Assembly: GCA_964036045.1 (NCBI GenBank)
Contig: OZ038378.1
Coordinates: 80,538,001-80,602,000, forward strand
Source of the DNA: Eutreptiella sp. 'Long Island Sound 2002'
Taxonomy: Eukaryota; Protista; Euglenida
Reading direction: 5' to 3'
DNA: 64,000 bases
Part shown: positions 13,307 to 24,658 of the stretch, one piece after another
How positions within the stretch are numbered: the stretch's first letter is position 1
How the letters are laid out: every line of letters starts with the position of its first letter
Notes under the pieces: model-generated
The model's input: the letters and a program-made list of their open reading frames with translations, nothing else
What the model was told of the DNA's origin: nothing
The model's database searches: none
Program-made: the position numbers and the translations under genes

Positions 13307-13914
13307 GGTTCCAGGCCCGCGTGTGCTTTGCTGCCACATGTGTCACGCGCATGCATGGCCTTGTCCAAGTACGGGGTGGGCGTTGAACCGCCGTTTTGGC
13401 CCGTCTTCTGGGACCGGGGCCGTGCTTGCGCAAGGAGGGTGGGGTACTAGTGCCATCTTGGCTCCGGAAAGCTACAAGGTCAAATCCAAACAAGTGGGTG
13501 CCAAAAGGGATCAAGAAGTCCATTTGGGAGTGTATGTTGTAATTCGTGCATTTTTTTTTTTGCGGTAAATGCACGTAACAAAAAAATTGGTCTAGTCGTG
13601 TAATGGTTTTTGCGGTAAGTCGCGTAAGCCCGTCGCATGCATTGCCACAAAAAAACATTACTCGGCTTGATGATTTTCTTGTACACACGTTTACCGCAAA
13701 AAAAAAATCTCCACGACGTGACAATTTTTTTTTTATACACATTTTCTGCAAAAACAGAATTACACGACTTACTGCAAAAAGAAATTACACGATGTGACGA
13801 TTTTCTCCTACACGCCTTTACCGCAAAAATGAAAAAATTACACGACTTTACCGCAAAGAAAAAATTGCCAATTTTGCCGACAATGCATGCTTGTAGGCAA
13901 TGTGCCCACCCATG

Positions 13915-14400
13915 GGCCACTTCTGATTTTGTCTCTGTGCTTGGCGTTGGGGACCCCCGAGAATGCAAGGGTGGCATTGCACTTCCGCCCTCTTCTGGGC
14001 CCGTGAGAAGGCAGGGGTGAGGTGGCCACTTCTGGTTTTGTCCCCCCTTTGTTTTGGGACCCCAGAGAATGCAGGGGTGACGTAGCATTTTCGCCATCTT
14101 TTGGGCCCCCGAGATACCAGGGGTGAGACAGCCACGGATTTCGTCCCCCTTTGTTTGGGGATCCCCCAGACTGCAGGGGTGATGTAGCATTTTTGCCCTC
14201 TTTTGGGCCCCCGAGAAGGCAAGGGTGAGGCAACCAATTCTGATTTTGTCCCCCTTTGTTTGGGGATCCCTGAGACTGTGGGTGGATGTAGGATTTCCGC
14301 CCTCTTTTGGGCCCCCGAGAAGGCAGGATGAGGCAGCCACTGATTTTGTCCCCCTTTGTTTGGGGATCAAGGAGAGTGTTAAGGCCACCCCACCTCACTG
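13915..14400. repeat. ~120-nt tandem repeat, about 4 copies
   Basis: Recurrent ccacttctgattttgtcccccttgtttggggatccc...gggcccccgagaaggcaggg; related to 35095-35360. Confidence 0.85.
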
Positions 14401-14526
14401 CAAGGCAAGGAGGCCTCGGCCCAGCAGAGCGTGGAAAGCCCGGAGGCCAGGCCACAGCCTTCCATGGCCACTTCCACAGAGGAGGACACCCGTCCCAAGG
14501 TCCTCATCCGTGGAGAGTGATGCAAG

Positions 14527-14721
14527 GTGCCGGATGGCTACCTAGGAGATGCAACTGGCCAGCTGGAGCGTGACCACCGTTTCATCAATGACCTGGCCAA
14601 GCAACTAGTAGCAGACTTGCGCGCCGCTTGGCAGCTTAACCTCAATTGTGGCGCAAAGCCCACGTCTAGTGACACAAAAACGAACTTGATCTACAAGCGT
14701 GCATTCTGCAACGACTTGTAG
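14527..14721 (+). pseudogene. Possible C-terminal fragment of a RAG1/Transib-like transposase
   Basis: QLVADLRAAWQLNLNCGA...TNLIYKRAFCND aligns by eye with EDVTEAVVNARRLGVGLGA...SLNAISKRAYND of ORF 58874-59611. Confidence 0.35.
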
Positions 14722-16228
14722 CGGGTGCATTTTTTATGGGCTATATTTTCCTCAGCCCGTTCGGAGTACCTATGGTGGAGCGTATAAGATGACTATTATA
14801 TAGGCCCCATACCAATGCCTTGGTGGCCTATGGTCGCACTAGCGTTGGCCATGGCCCTGTCAGGACTCTGTTTCTTGAGCCTGATTTTGTTTTCAGCGCT
14901 GGCACACTAGGTGTTGGCCATGGCCCCGTGAGGACTCTTTTCTTGGGCCTAATTTTGTGTCTAGTGCCAATGACACCATGTGAACCTATGTTATATTGGC
15001 CAAGTCCCAACTGATGGGTGGCCACATAGAGTAATATGTGCTTTGTCTACTCGGCTTCCCATGGTTCAGGTCTCTAGGGGGTGCCGTACGGAACCGGCAG
15101 CTATACGTACTGCGCATGTATTGCAAAAGTTGCATTTCTTTCAATTTTCAATCGTTTTTAATAATTTACACGAGTTACCGCCAAAAAATTGCACGCACTT
15201 ACCGCAAAAAAAATTACACGGCTAGACAATTTTTTTTTTGTACGCGACTTACATTTTTCACCATTTGGGACGACAGACACCTTCTCCAAAAAAAAATCGT
15301 CTCACACCACGTGGGATGCCACAAGAAGTGGTTTTAGTGGTCGACAGCCCGTGGTGCGCTGATTTGGCCCTTCGAAGGTGCCAAAATGCCTTATACATAG
15401 TGCGTTTTGTAATGAAGAATGGGTCAAAAATGCGTCAAAAATTGATTGTCCCAACATTGATCTTGGACAGTTTGGAATGCACAAAAGTGTGAAATGAGAG
15501 CATGTATGTACAATTACCACGGGTCAGCTCAGGTCACCACTGTCTAGAGGAGAGGGACACAGCCCTATATATGTGGGGTCCAGTGGGGGTATACCATGGG
15601 AGCGGCTCCTGGCTATTGGTAACAATGGAGTATTACCGGGTGTTTATACACCATGATGTATCTCGGTCTGGGGGTGCATAGGAGATGCCCTGGGTGGGCA
15701 CATAGTACTGATGGCCTGCACGATGCGGATATGGGGGCGATGAAGGCTGAGGGCCAGGCTAGGCTGGAGCTCCCCAGAACCCCTGGCTACACATCCATGG
15801 ACTTTTGCATGTTCGTTACCGGTTGCAGGGTGCAAGTGGTCCGAGGGGATGAAATGTCAAAGGATATCAGGGGTGGACACCGTGACGGGGCCAGCTCTTG
15901 CTTCGCCGCGTGCATGCTGCTTTGTTTCTTGGTTGCTGCATTGCACCCATAGAAGGCGCCCTTGCTTTGTGCTTGTTGCTATGTTGCCTGGTTGCCATAC
16001 CTTGCCCCTTTACCCCCGGCGATCCAACGGGCCAGCGCTCGTCGCCGTTGCTAGTGCTAACGCTGTGCAGTTGCCACTGCCCCCAAAGCCTGGTTGGCTG
16101 TTATCCCCGGTCTTCTGGGTCCTCCGTCATGCTGTGGGCCAACCCATGCAACCCGGGGACCCACGGGATCAAGCAAGGCAGGAACCACCTGTTGGTGCGG
16201 AATGCCCGGTAACTCCAATAGACGGCAT

Positions 16229-16379
16229 GATAAGTGGTTATGACTATGACTATGACTATGTATGTATGTATGTATGTATGTATGTATGTATGTATGTATG
16301 TATGTATGTATGTATGTATGTATGTATGTATGTATGTATGTATGTATGTATGTATGTATGTACATACATACTTACATAC

Positions 16380-16410
<31 letters not shown>

Positions 16411-16490
16411 CATACATACATACATACATACATACATACATACATACATACATACATACATAGTCATAGTCATAGTCATAACCACTTATC
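16229..16490. repeat. Spacerless palindrome: unique arm-(TATG)n|(CATA)n-unique arm
   Basis: gataagtggttatgactatgactatgacta(tgta)n is mirrored by (cata)n tagtcatagtcatagtcataaccacttatc; centre at 16361/16362. Confidence 0.95.
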
Positions 16491-18408
16491 TATGACCACT
16501 TATGTATGTAATCCTTAACCTGTTCCACATCTTCGATGCCTCACGGGGTAAAGGTAGGAGTGTTCAACAATCAATGACATCAGGGTAGACAGAAGTAGTA
16601 GTCAGGGAAAGGGTTCAGGTATAGTTACAATAATAGGGGCTCCTGCTCCTCTCTCCAAGTAGGTAGGATACCATCCATTACGGTTTCTTCTCCTTTTCAG
16701 GTTTCGACAGAATACGATGTCGGAGCGAGACTAGGAGTCAGTGGGACGCCTCCCTGCCGGGGGGGCTCAGAGGAGAATCCATCAAGCAGGAGTTCATCTC
16801 CCTGGGGTTCCATCATGGGAATATCAGGTGGTCAATGGGGTATTCAACCTGGGGTTCTAACTGGGGTACTTACATGGGGATCAGAAGATCAAAAAGGTGG
16901 GGTACAATCAGGGTGGTATCTTGGGATCATACTGGTATTCCACCTGGGATATGATCGGGGATTCGTACTTGGGATCCATCTGGAGCACCCTAAGAACAAC
17001 AATCCGGGTTCAATCAGGGGTACAAACTGTGAAGTGTCTGGGAATCAGTCACTTCATCATAGTCACTGAAATAAAACTGCAAAGTCATGGCCTTCGGCCA
17101 GGGATCTGCTGTCACGGGGGGCTACCGGTCCCGCCCTGCGATGCAATGCGGGGCAACCGTGACAGCAGGTCTCACAGCCATCACACAACCTAAATAGGAG
17201 CAGAGCTGGATGTTCAACCAGACTCATACATCGATTCAAATGGTGGACGGGTTCCCCTCCCAGATGTCCGGGTCTGGGCTGGGGACGGATTTATCACAGG
17301 GGTCGCTGGAGGTGGGGACGGCACCGGGGTGACCCCTGCCCCGCCAGCAGGCGAAGTACAGCACCGCTGGCCTCCCCCTCTGGGAGCAGCGGTACAACAA
17401 TGTTGGTTTATACTTTGTAGCAACATGTCCGCCACACAATCTCATACTCTGCAGATGAATCTCAGTTATGTTACCCCCTCCTCCCCTCTCACCCATAGGA
17501 TCACGGGACTCCTCCTTCCTTCCTGCTCATTTTGCATCCACAGAGGACTGGGGCTCCAAAGTGTCAGTTCCATCACGATAGAGGTCCCCCTGTCATGGGG
17601 GGACCCGGAGACTTAGACCATGTGTAGGCAGAAATGTCCCCTTAACCCCCCACACGCTCTTGACCTCTTCCCCGAGTGAGTATCTCACAATTTTTTTTTT
17701 TCTGGGGGACGCAGGCAGCGCCGCTTTGAAAATTTTTCGTTTTTATTTTCATCCGGGACCATTATTTCGGAGTTAAAGTGTGCTGCCTGTAGGCTGGGTG
17801 CCCGGGTAGCCAGGGTTCAGTTTCGGCCCTACAGGGGGGGGAAGAGAGGACACCTGGGCAACCAAGAGGTCTGAAAGAGCGTCGTGGGTTCTAAAAATAA
17901 AAAGCTGTCAGATCCTCTCTGCCCTCCCCGCCAGGGCAACCCCCTCCTTGCCTGCCCCCAAGCTTCGGCTTCCACACATTTGACTTTGACAGGTCAGGGA
18001 GTAGATAACGACTCGGAAAATTTTATTTTTTCCGCGAGCTGCTGCCCCTGTTACAGACACTGGGAACAATTACCAGATTGCTTCTGGTTTCTCATGCGGT
18101 GATGAAATAGACAGCGTCAGCCAGAAAAGTTTGTCAGCAGTCAAGGGCACGGCTTGTCACTGTGTTTGGTTTTTCTTTTGCGCGACTGCCTGATGCGGTT
18201 CTTCACACCCTTCAGGAGCCTACGGGCCTATAGCGCTTGGTTTTTCCTCACTTTCATTGTTGGTCGTCAGTTGTCTGCGTCCGCCGTTAGGCTGTTGGGA
18301 GGGCAAGGTATGGAGGTATGGGACACGAATCAGGAAAGGAGGTAACTAGGAAGTGAGGGCCGTGTGTGATTGAATCATGGTCAAGCCGTTACCATTCTGA
18401 TTTGTCGT

Positions 18409-18602
18409 GACGTGCAGATAGTGAGTATCGACGTCCCAGAATGACAAAAGCGGACATCACTCGCAGGGTAATTCCACCCGACAATGACAGCATCTATGAC
18501 GCGCAAATAGTGAGTATCGGCGTCTGTGGGAAGTATGGGGTATGCCAAACAGAGCGAAACTGCCTGAGGCCCAGGGGCATGCAGATAGTGAGTATCGGTG
18601 CC
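18409..18602 (+). ncRNA. Three repeated hairpin motifs, stem-GCA-GATA-GTGAG-TATC-G-stem
   Basis: Copies at 18409-18435, 18498-18524 and 18576-18602; outer stems GACGT/ACGTC, GACGC/GCGTC, GGCAT/GTGCC. Confidence 0.6.
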
Positions 18603-20714
18603 TGTACCAGTCCCACAGAGGTAATCTTTTTGGTTTTCTCTCCACTCCACATGTTCAGCCCCATGACAACTATTTCTCCGGAGTTTGGTCACATTCAAAA
18701 AGGGGGCACCCCTACAAAATTGCGATGGCTACCCTCTCATGGGGACCCGGTAGAAGAACCGGTGGGCCTGTGGGTTCAACCAGACAGCGTCAGGGCCAGG
18801 ATCATGACAATGTGTATTCTGGCCGGGTCCATTGACAACACTGTGTTGGATGAGGTCCTCAAACTGCGTCCCGATATCGAGACTAATACCTGGAGTTCCC
18901 TGGTGGGCAAATTACCGGATGGTGCTGAGAAGGACATCTGCCGCCAGGTTGTCAAATCCAAGAGAGTACCGGAAAGCTTCTCAAACATCTCCTCAAAATA
19001 CTCACTTTTGGATGCCATGCTGGCCACCATTGCAAAAGTCTCAGACAGACCCATGCTTACCGAATGGAGCACTGCACGTCTCAATGCCAAGTCCGAACTT
19101 CGCTCTATCTGGTCAGCCTTTTACAAGGAAATTTTTAGTGAATCCGACGCTCTCTCAGAAGCTCCAGATCAACCCACAGACGTAGTCCCACAGGAACAGG
19201 GTTCGGAGTCCGCTGATGTCTTGGGTGCCATCTCCCTGGTCAACACCGTTGATGATCTTTCGAACAATGAGGAAGATAAACTTCAGTCCTTGGTTGCTGA
19301 GATGTACAGTGAGGATGTTCCTGTTGAAGTTTTGCTGCTGGCAGCCTCGGGGATCAGGAGTAATATTTTGTTCAGGTTGAAGTCAGCCACACCGGTTGAG
19401 GGCAGGTTCTGGAAGGGTGTCATGGTAGCGTTGCTCAAGTGGATGCGTCCTCTTAGGCAGGCAGAAGAGGAAGGGCATCGCCTGCAGGCCAAACTAGCTG
19501 CAGAGGCTAATAGAAAACGCAACGTTATTTCCAGTCCTTCTTCGGGTGCAGATGCGTCCAAGCCCTCTCCGTCCAAGCCAAAAAACTCCAAGAAACCGCG
19601 GGTAGAGGGAGTAGTCAGGGCACTAACGCTGGATGAAACGGCTTCCACTGCACAGGGCAGTAACTCCGCTGAGCCACGACAGGCTAGTGCCTTCATCTCT
19701 GATAATGTTTCACCGCCGGTGCAACAATGGCAAGCAGGGTCTGGGCTGGGCAAAGTTATTGTTGAGAAGTCGCAGTCCACCACGGATCGTTTGAAACCTA
19801 TTCTGCTCACTGGGTTTGAACATACTGATGCCCTTGACTCCTTTTTGGGTTGTGAAGCTGCCTTCGGTCAGTTGTCTCTCGACTACAGAGTCTATCGGGA
19901 CATGCTGTCCCAACTTGCTGAGGTTGTCATGTTTGTTCCGTCCAACAGACTAGATCCCATCCTGGGAGGTAAGTACCGCGACAGCTTGCGCATCAGAGCA
20001 TCCAGGGACCCATTGGGCCGCTCAGACCTCATTGAGGTGAAGGAATTACAACTGGTTGAAGGACCGCGAAAACTTGGCTCTCATATTCCTCAGCCTGCGC
20101 CTGCCAAAGAGGCTCCTCTGAGTACACCCGTTTCAAGTCTGTTTCTCTCGGCATCTAAAATGCAATCCCCGGTGTGGTGTCTGTTTCCGCCCTTCTCCCC
20201 CTCTCATGCCTTCATGTCCATGTGGGGTTGGGGCTTTCAACGAGAGTTAGGGGGGATCATTAGATTCCACTCTCCCCCGCCTGGAATGCCTGATGCACTC
20301 AGGGAGGTTGTGTCTGCTCACGCCATCTGGGGTCTGTCCAAAGTTTACGATGCCGCAGCAAAATCCACCGTGATAGGAGAGGATGACGACTCGCCGGAAC
20401 ACTGGGTCTCGGCTAAGGAGTGTGTAGAACTAGCAGTGAAACACAGAGATCACAGGTTCTACGACGTGCCTGAATGGGCGGCTGAGGAGTTTTCAAAGCG
20501 CAAAACGCTTACCAAGGTCAACAAAGTGCGTAAGAAGCTGAAAACGGGGGACTACTCTACAGTGTCCTCAATTGCCCTAGCCCTTGACGCATCGTGGGGT
20601 CTGTTGGCCAGTGACGGGGTTCCCCCTCCTACTGTTGAGTGCAGTGATGCTGAACACCATCGGGTTTTGATATGTGGTGAACGAAAAGTGTCAGTCCTCA
20701 ATGGACAGGCTTAA
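18441..20714 (+). CDS. LINE-A ORF1, 757 aa, no recognisable domain (true start may be downstream)
   Basis: Long open ORF directly upstream of pol; no APE motifs (ETW, GDFN, SDH) seen. Confidence 0.7.
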   Translation: MTKADITRRVIPPDNDSIYDAQIVSIGVCGKYGVCQTERNCLRPRGMQIVSIGACTSPTEVIFLVFSPLHMFSPMTTISPEFGHIQKGGTPTKLRWLPSHGDPVEEPVGLWVQPDSVRARIMTMCILAGSIDNTVLDEVLKLRPDIETNTWSSLVGKLPDGAEKDICRQVVKSKRVPESFSNISSKYSLLDAMLATIAKVSDRPMLTEWSTARLNAKSELRSIWSAFYKEIFSESDALSEAPDQPTDVVPQEQGSESADVLGAISLVNTVDDLSNNEEDKLQSLVAEMYSEDVPVEVLLLAASGIRSNILFRLKSATPVEGRFWKGVMVALLKWMRPLRQAEEEGHRLQAKLAAEANRKRNVISSPSSGADASKPSPSKPKNSKKPRVEGVVRALTLDETASTAQGSNSAEPRQASAFISDNVSPPVQQWQAGSGLGKVIVEKSQSTTDRLKPILLTGFEHTDALDSFLGCEAAFGQLSLDYRVYRDMLSQLAEVVMFVPSNRLDPILGGKYRDSLRIRASRDPLGRSDLIEVKELQLVEGPRKLGSHIPQPAPAKEAPLSTPVSSLFLSASKMQSPVWCLFPPFSPSHAFMSMWGWGFQRELGGIIRFHSPPPGMPDALREVVSAHAIWGLSKVYDAAAKSTVIGEDDDSPEHWVSAKECVELAVKHRDHRFYDVPEWAAEEFSKRKTLTKVNKVRKKLKTGDYSTVSSIALALDASWGLLASDGVPPPTVECSDAEHHRVLICGERKVSVLNGQA

Positions 20715-23700
20715 CTAAGAAGGTAGAAACGGTGGGGTCCAGACACGTGGGTTTGCTCGGTGTTCCCTCATCACCTGCGGATGCTACCCTCGTAAGGTTA
20801 GCAACCATGGCGTGTGGCGATACTAAATTTCACATGTGTACCAATGCAGTTGTTTTGGGCAGGATGGGCCTGTTGGCGGCCCCAGTCCCTGTGAATTTTG
20901 TTGAACCGGAGTGTGGTCTTCCCCTTTGGGTGGTGGTCATTTCTTTACAATGGGGACGACAGCACCAAGTGCTAGTCAAGTCAGGAAAGGCAGTGGCAAG
21001 ACACCGCAAAGAGATTGTGGATGACACTGCTGGGTGGTGGCAAGATGTCTGCAGAGTCACTGAGTGGGATCCTCTGTCTCGGGGATGGCGGACAGAAAAA
21101 GTTCTGTGTCGATGCGTCCCGCAGGAAAGTGTCATGATGTTACATGTCTGGCTCAATTGGACCCCCCCTCAGTGGTCGTTGTAGTACTATGAAGTGCAAA
21201 TTGTATGCCCCTTTGATTCAGCTGGCCACAGCACCAAGTGAGTCTCGTTGTAGACAGTAAGCAGGGTTTAAAGGGTCTTCTGCACATGCCCTGCGCCGAA
21301 TGCTACACACAGTGATCACCCAATCCCTGGCGGTGCGAGGTGATGTTACGACGATGTTTTTGGATTTCTCTGGTGCCTTTGATGAAATCAACAGGCAAGC
21401 CATTCTGAGGGTTGCTGATATGTATCCGTTTTTACGTGGAGTTGTGCATGAAGTGGTTCATCACTACATGTCCTTCAGGCAATACGTGGTTTCTGCCCTG
21501 GCCCTATCAGAGTCGTATAGTCAAGTGGAGGGTGTCCTTCAAGGGGGGGGTTTAGATCCACTTTTTTACATACTTGCGGTTAATTTGATACATCTTGCCA
21601 TGCGTCAACTGGGGGTTGGGGTTCCGGTATGTGTTCCTCCCTCGGTAGAAATGATTGCTTCTCTGGGCTATGTAGACGACACAGTGGGGTTTTCTAGCAT
21701 AGAGGACAGACAGCGAGTGGCCGACCACCTTCCAGTTATCATTGACTGCGTCGGACAACGGAACAATAGCTCCAAAATGAACGTTCAAGTACTTCAGGTC
21801 AAGCAAGGCTCAGTCTGCAGTGTCAGCAAATCGGTCGTCTGGGACGACAAGCCAGTGTGGTCCACCAGTAGACACCAACACATAAAATTCCTGGGGGGAA
21901 ACGCTAATATTTTAGGAGGGTTCCCTACCATCAAAAATGTAATTACAAGGTGGTCTCGAACGGTCATCAGCAGGCTGCGAGGGTGGCCCGTGTCTGTGGG
22001 TGTGGCACACACTGTGATAGAAGGGCTTGTAGTCAACAGGCTTGTGTTTCGCTGCTGTGTGAATGTGCCAACGGACGTGCAAATTAGTTCAGTGACAGGG
22101 TCCATATGCAGGGTGTACAGACTGGTCTTTGGGTTGGCTCCCAATACTCCACGTGCCTGCATAGTTTCCATTCTAGGAAGAGCTGCCCCAGATCATGTCC
22201 TTTGGGTCACAGTCATCAATGAACTGTTTAAGTCTCTTAATGGGCCCAACGCCCTGCTGGCCCAATCTGCGTTGGCACACTGGTCGAACCCGTGTCTACA
22301 TCGCTTTGACAGCGACTCTCAGCGCATTCGGTCCAGGCTCCAAAGCCTGGGCATTCAGTTTCGCAAACTCGGGTCAGGTCAAGGGGCTAAGTGGTGTGTG
22401 AAACCGCCTCGGGGGGGTGCTTTCCCTACAGTTTGGTATGTTTTTGGTGATGCAAGCCTCAAGGATTGCTGGGGGGGAGCGGCAAAAGTTGTGGACAGTC
22501 ACGGCCATGTGTGGCTGGAGTACAGTGTCTCCCTCTCTGCTATTGGTCTCAGCACCAAGTTGGTAGAAGCCTCTGTTGTTGTCTCTGATGTTGTTGCCAT
22601 TGCCGAATTCGTCTCCTCCCATGGCGTGTGCTTAGAAGAAATCTGGGTGTGCTCTGACTGTTTGTCAGCTGTGCAGTCTCTGCAGTCCATAGACATGGCG
22701 GACAAAACTGCATCAATCATGGACAGGGTCGTCGCACACTTTGTCTTGACGCATCTTCCGGTTCAGATGGGTTGGGTGCCAGCACAGCACGATACGGAAC
22801 TTGATGACTGGATATCATCGTTCAACTCCGAAATGGACTCTGAAGCGAAAGCTGGTGCGCGCGGTGAGCGTCAGGAGGTCTCAGTTCTTGATGTATGGCT
22901 AGACAGAGATTCCATTCTTCGATTCCAAGGTGACAGATTGATTGTCGACCTCAAACGACATTTGCTTAGTCAATCTAATGATGCTCTCCTCAGCGTCTCT
23001 TCCTCTTGCTCACCCACCCCTCCGGAGAGATCATGGCGCATGGTGCTACCCGAATCGGTCTCAGGGCTCAAGTGCGGGGTGCAGCTGCAGTCATTAGGAA
23101 TAGAGCATTGGGGACTCATAAGGGCTTGGAGTGTGTATGCGTCAGCAGACCAGTGGGAGTGGCAGCACAGAGATGCGGAATGTTCACTGTGCTCCATGTG
23201 GTGCCACTCGGTAACACAACATAGATTCCACAAATGTTTATTTACTAAAGTGCGGGTTCTTGCTTGGTCTGGACATGTCTGCGAAATTTTGTGTGCTGCG
23301 GGCATTCCCCGTAACCGTATCGCTCTTCGCTGGGGGGGTGTTGAGATTTTGGAACATCCGGGTCTGTTCATTGTATGGTGTCATCCTGCGAAGGGAGCTG
23401 CCATATCTGATTCCTCGAAATCAGTGAAGCCTCTGTGGCCCATATGGCTGGGGTTAGGCCCAATTAGGGGTATTTCGCTGGTTCTCTCCAAATTGGGTGT
23501 CAGTCAACCACATATCCTGATTTATCAAGTCCTAGAGTGCGCGTATGCCATGGTACACGGTGGGTACGATACAGAAAATGTCCGGCTTCCGTGCCCTCTG
23601 TTTCATTCTCAGTGGACTGCAGGAATGAACTTAGGTGTGCTGCTGGGGTTTCAGACGCCAACTGCACATCTGGACAGTCACACTCCCTCCAACCTGCTCT

Positions 23701-24011
23701 GGGTTCTTTTCTCGTCTGTCAGGGGGAAAGGATACGTAGGGCATGTTCTGGTGAGTTGCAAGGGGACAGTTAAGATGACGGTCTGGCACTCGAAAGTCCC
23801 CTCCGTATGGATCTGCGAATGCCAAGGGAACCTACATTCTGTCGTCAGAGAGGCAATGAGGAGACGACTGGGGGGGGGAGGGTGTGTATTGGTGCCTCCT
23901 GGGTGTGCAATGGCCATGGGAGGGGCTTCGCCAGGATTCGGGACTCCAGCTGTGGCGTTTTATGGTGCGGACAGAGCAGTCGTGTCTGTCACTGGGGTGG
24001 GTTTTTTCTGA
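20681..24011 (+). pseudogene. LINE-A pol: RT + RNase H + CCHC + ~270-aa unknown tail; one frameshift (~21165) and one TAA (21258)
   Basis: Q*AGFKGSS, FLDFSGAFD, GVLQGGGLDP, YVDD, IKFLGG; RNase H VFGDAS...E...SDCLSAV...WVPAQH...NSEMD; CSLC...HRFHKC. Confidence 0.9.
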
Positions 24012-24455
24012 TGCCTCTCACTCCCGTGGTGTTCCCCCGCCTGTGCTGAAACCTGTTCTAGATGTGCAGATTTGGTAACCGTCTCTCTTCAGGGCGTGCG
24101 AACAGGTATCAGCCAGATTCTGGGAGGCACGGATCGACATCGGCTCCCAGCACGACTTATGGGTCATACCACTATGCCTATTCTGGGTCTAAGGGAACAA
24201 AGGAGGATCCATGGGTAAGCAGGGTGGCAAAGGCAAGGGGAAACACATGTACCAAGTCGACATAACACGTGCTTTCAGAAGGGAGTGGCATGGGTCGACA
24301 GTCACATCCTTGCTAAGTCACTTTCGTTCAGAGATTTGATTTGCTTTGTGTTCGGTGTGTAGGTTGTAGGGGCGGCTTGCTGTGGAACTAGGAAGGGGAC
24401 TGGTCCGAACCCAGACAAAGCGGATTTTTCAAATCAAATCAAATCAAATCAAATC

Positions 24456-24658
24456 ATGTATGTATGTATGTATGTATGTATGTATGTATGTATGTATGTA
24501 TGTATGTATGTATGTATGTATGTATGTATGTATGTATGTATGTATGTATGTATGTATGTATGTATGTATGTATGTATGTATGTATGTATGTATGTATGTA
24601 TGTATGTATGTATGTATGTATGTATGTATGTATGTATGTATGTATGTATGTATGTATG
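24456..24658. repeat. (ATGT)n microsatellite, about 50 units
   Basis: Direct reading of the sequence. Confidence 1.

Larger units (their letters stand above)
13560..15260. mobile_element. DNA-transposon-like element with inverted TTACCGCAAAAAA subterminal arrays
   Basis: 13560-13625 is the reverse complement of ~15195-15255; many ttaccgcaaaa motifs on both sides. Confidence 0.55.
16500..24455 (+). mobile_element. LINE-A: non-LTR retrotransposon (ORF1 + RT-RNase H-CCHC) with (AAATC)5 3' end
   Basis: RT, RNase H and CCHC motifs; ends in (aaatc)5 at 24431-24455 abutting (TATG)n. The 5' boundary is inferred from the palindrome. Confidence 0.8.

Noticed and set aside
16057-16518. MYVC/YIHT repeat ORFs here and at 24382-24937
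   Set aside because: Translations of the TATG microsatellite.
16500-18440. Hammerhead or HDV ribozyme in the LINE-A leader (also sought 5' of LINE-D)
   Set aside because: No complete CUGANGA/GAAA core or double-pseudoknot could be assembled manually.
18409-18602. CRISPR-like array or T7-promoter similarity (ATAGTGAGT)
   Set aside because: Only three short repeats with long spacers, no cas genes, eukaryotic context; the T7 match is 9 nt and expected by chance.
21300-24011. TAA/TAG reassigned to Gln (code 6) as the explanation for in-frame stops
   Set aside because: The 757- and 903-aa ORFs contain many Gln but no internal TAA/TAG. The stop at 55114 falls where RT typically has Trp, and non-coding repeats show the same TA gain.
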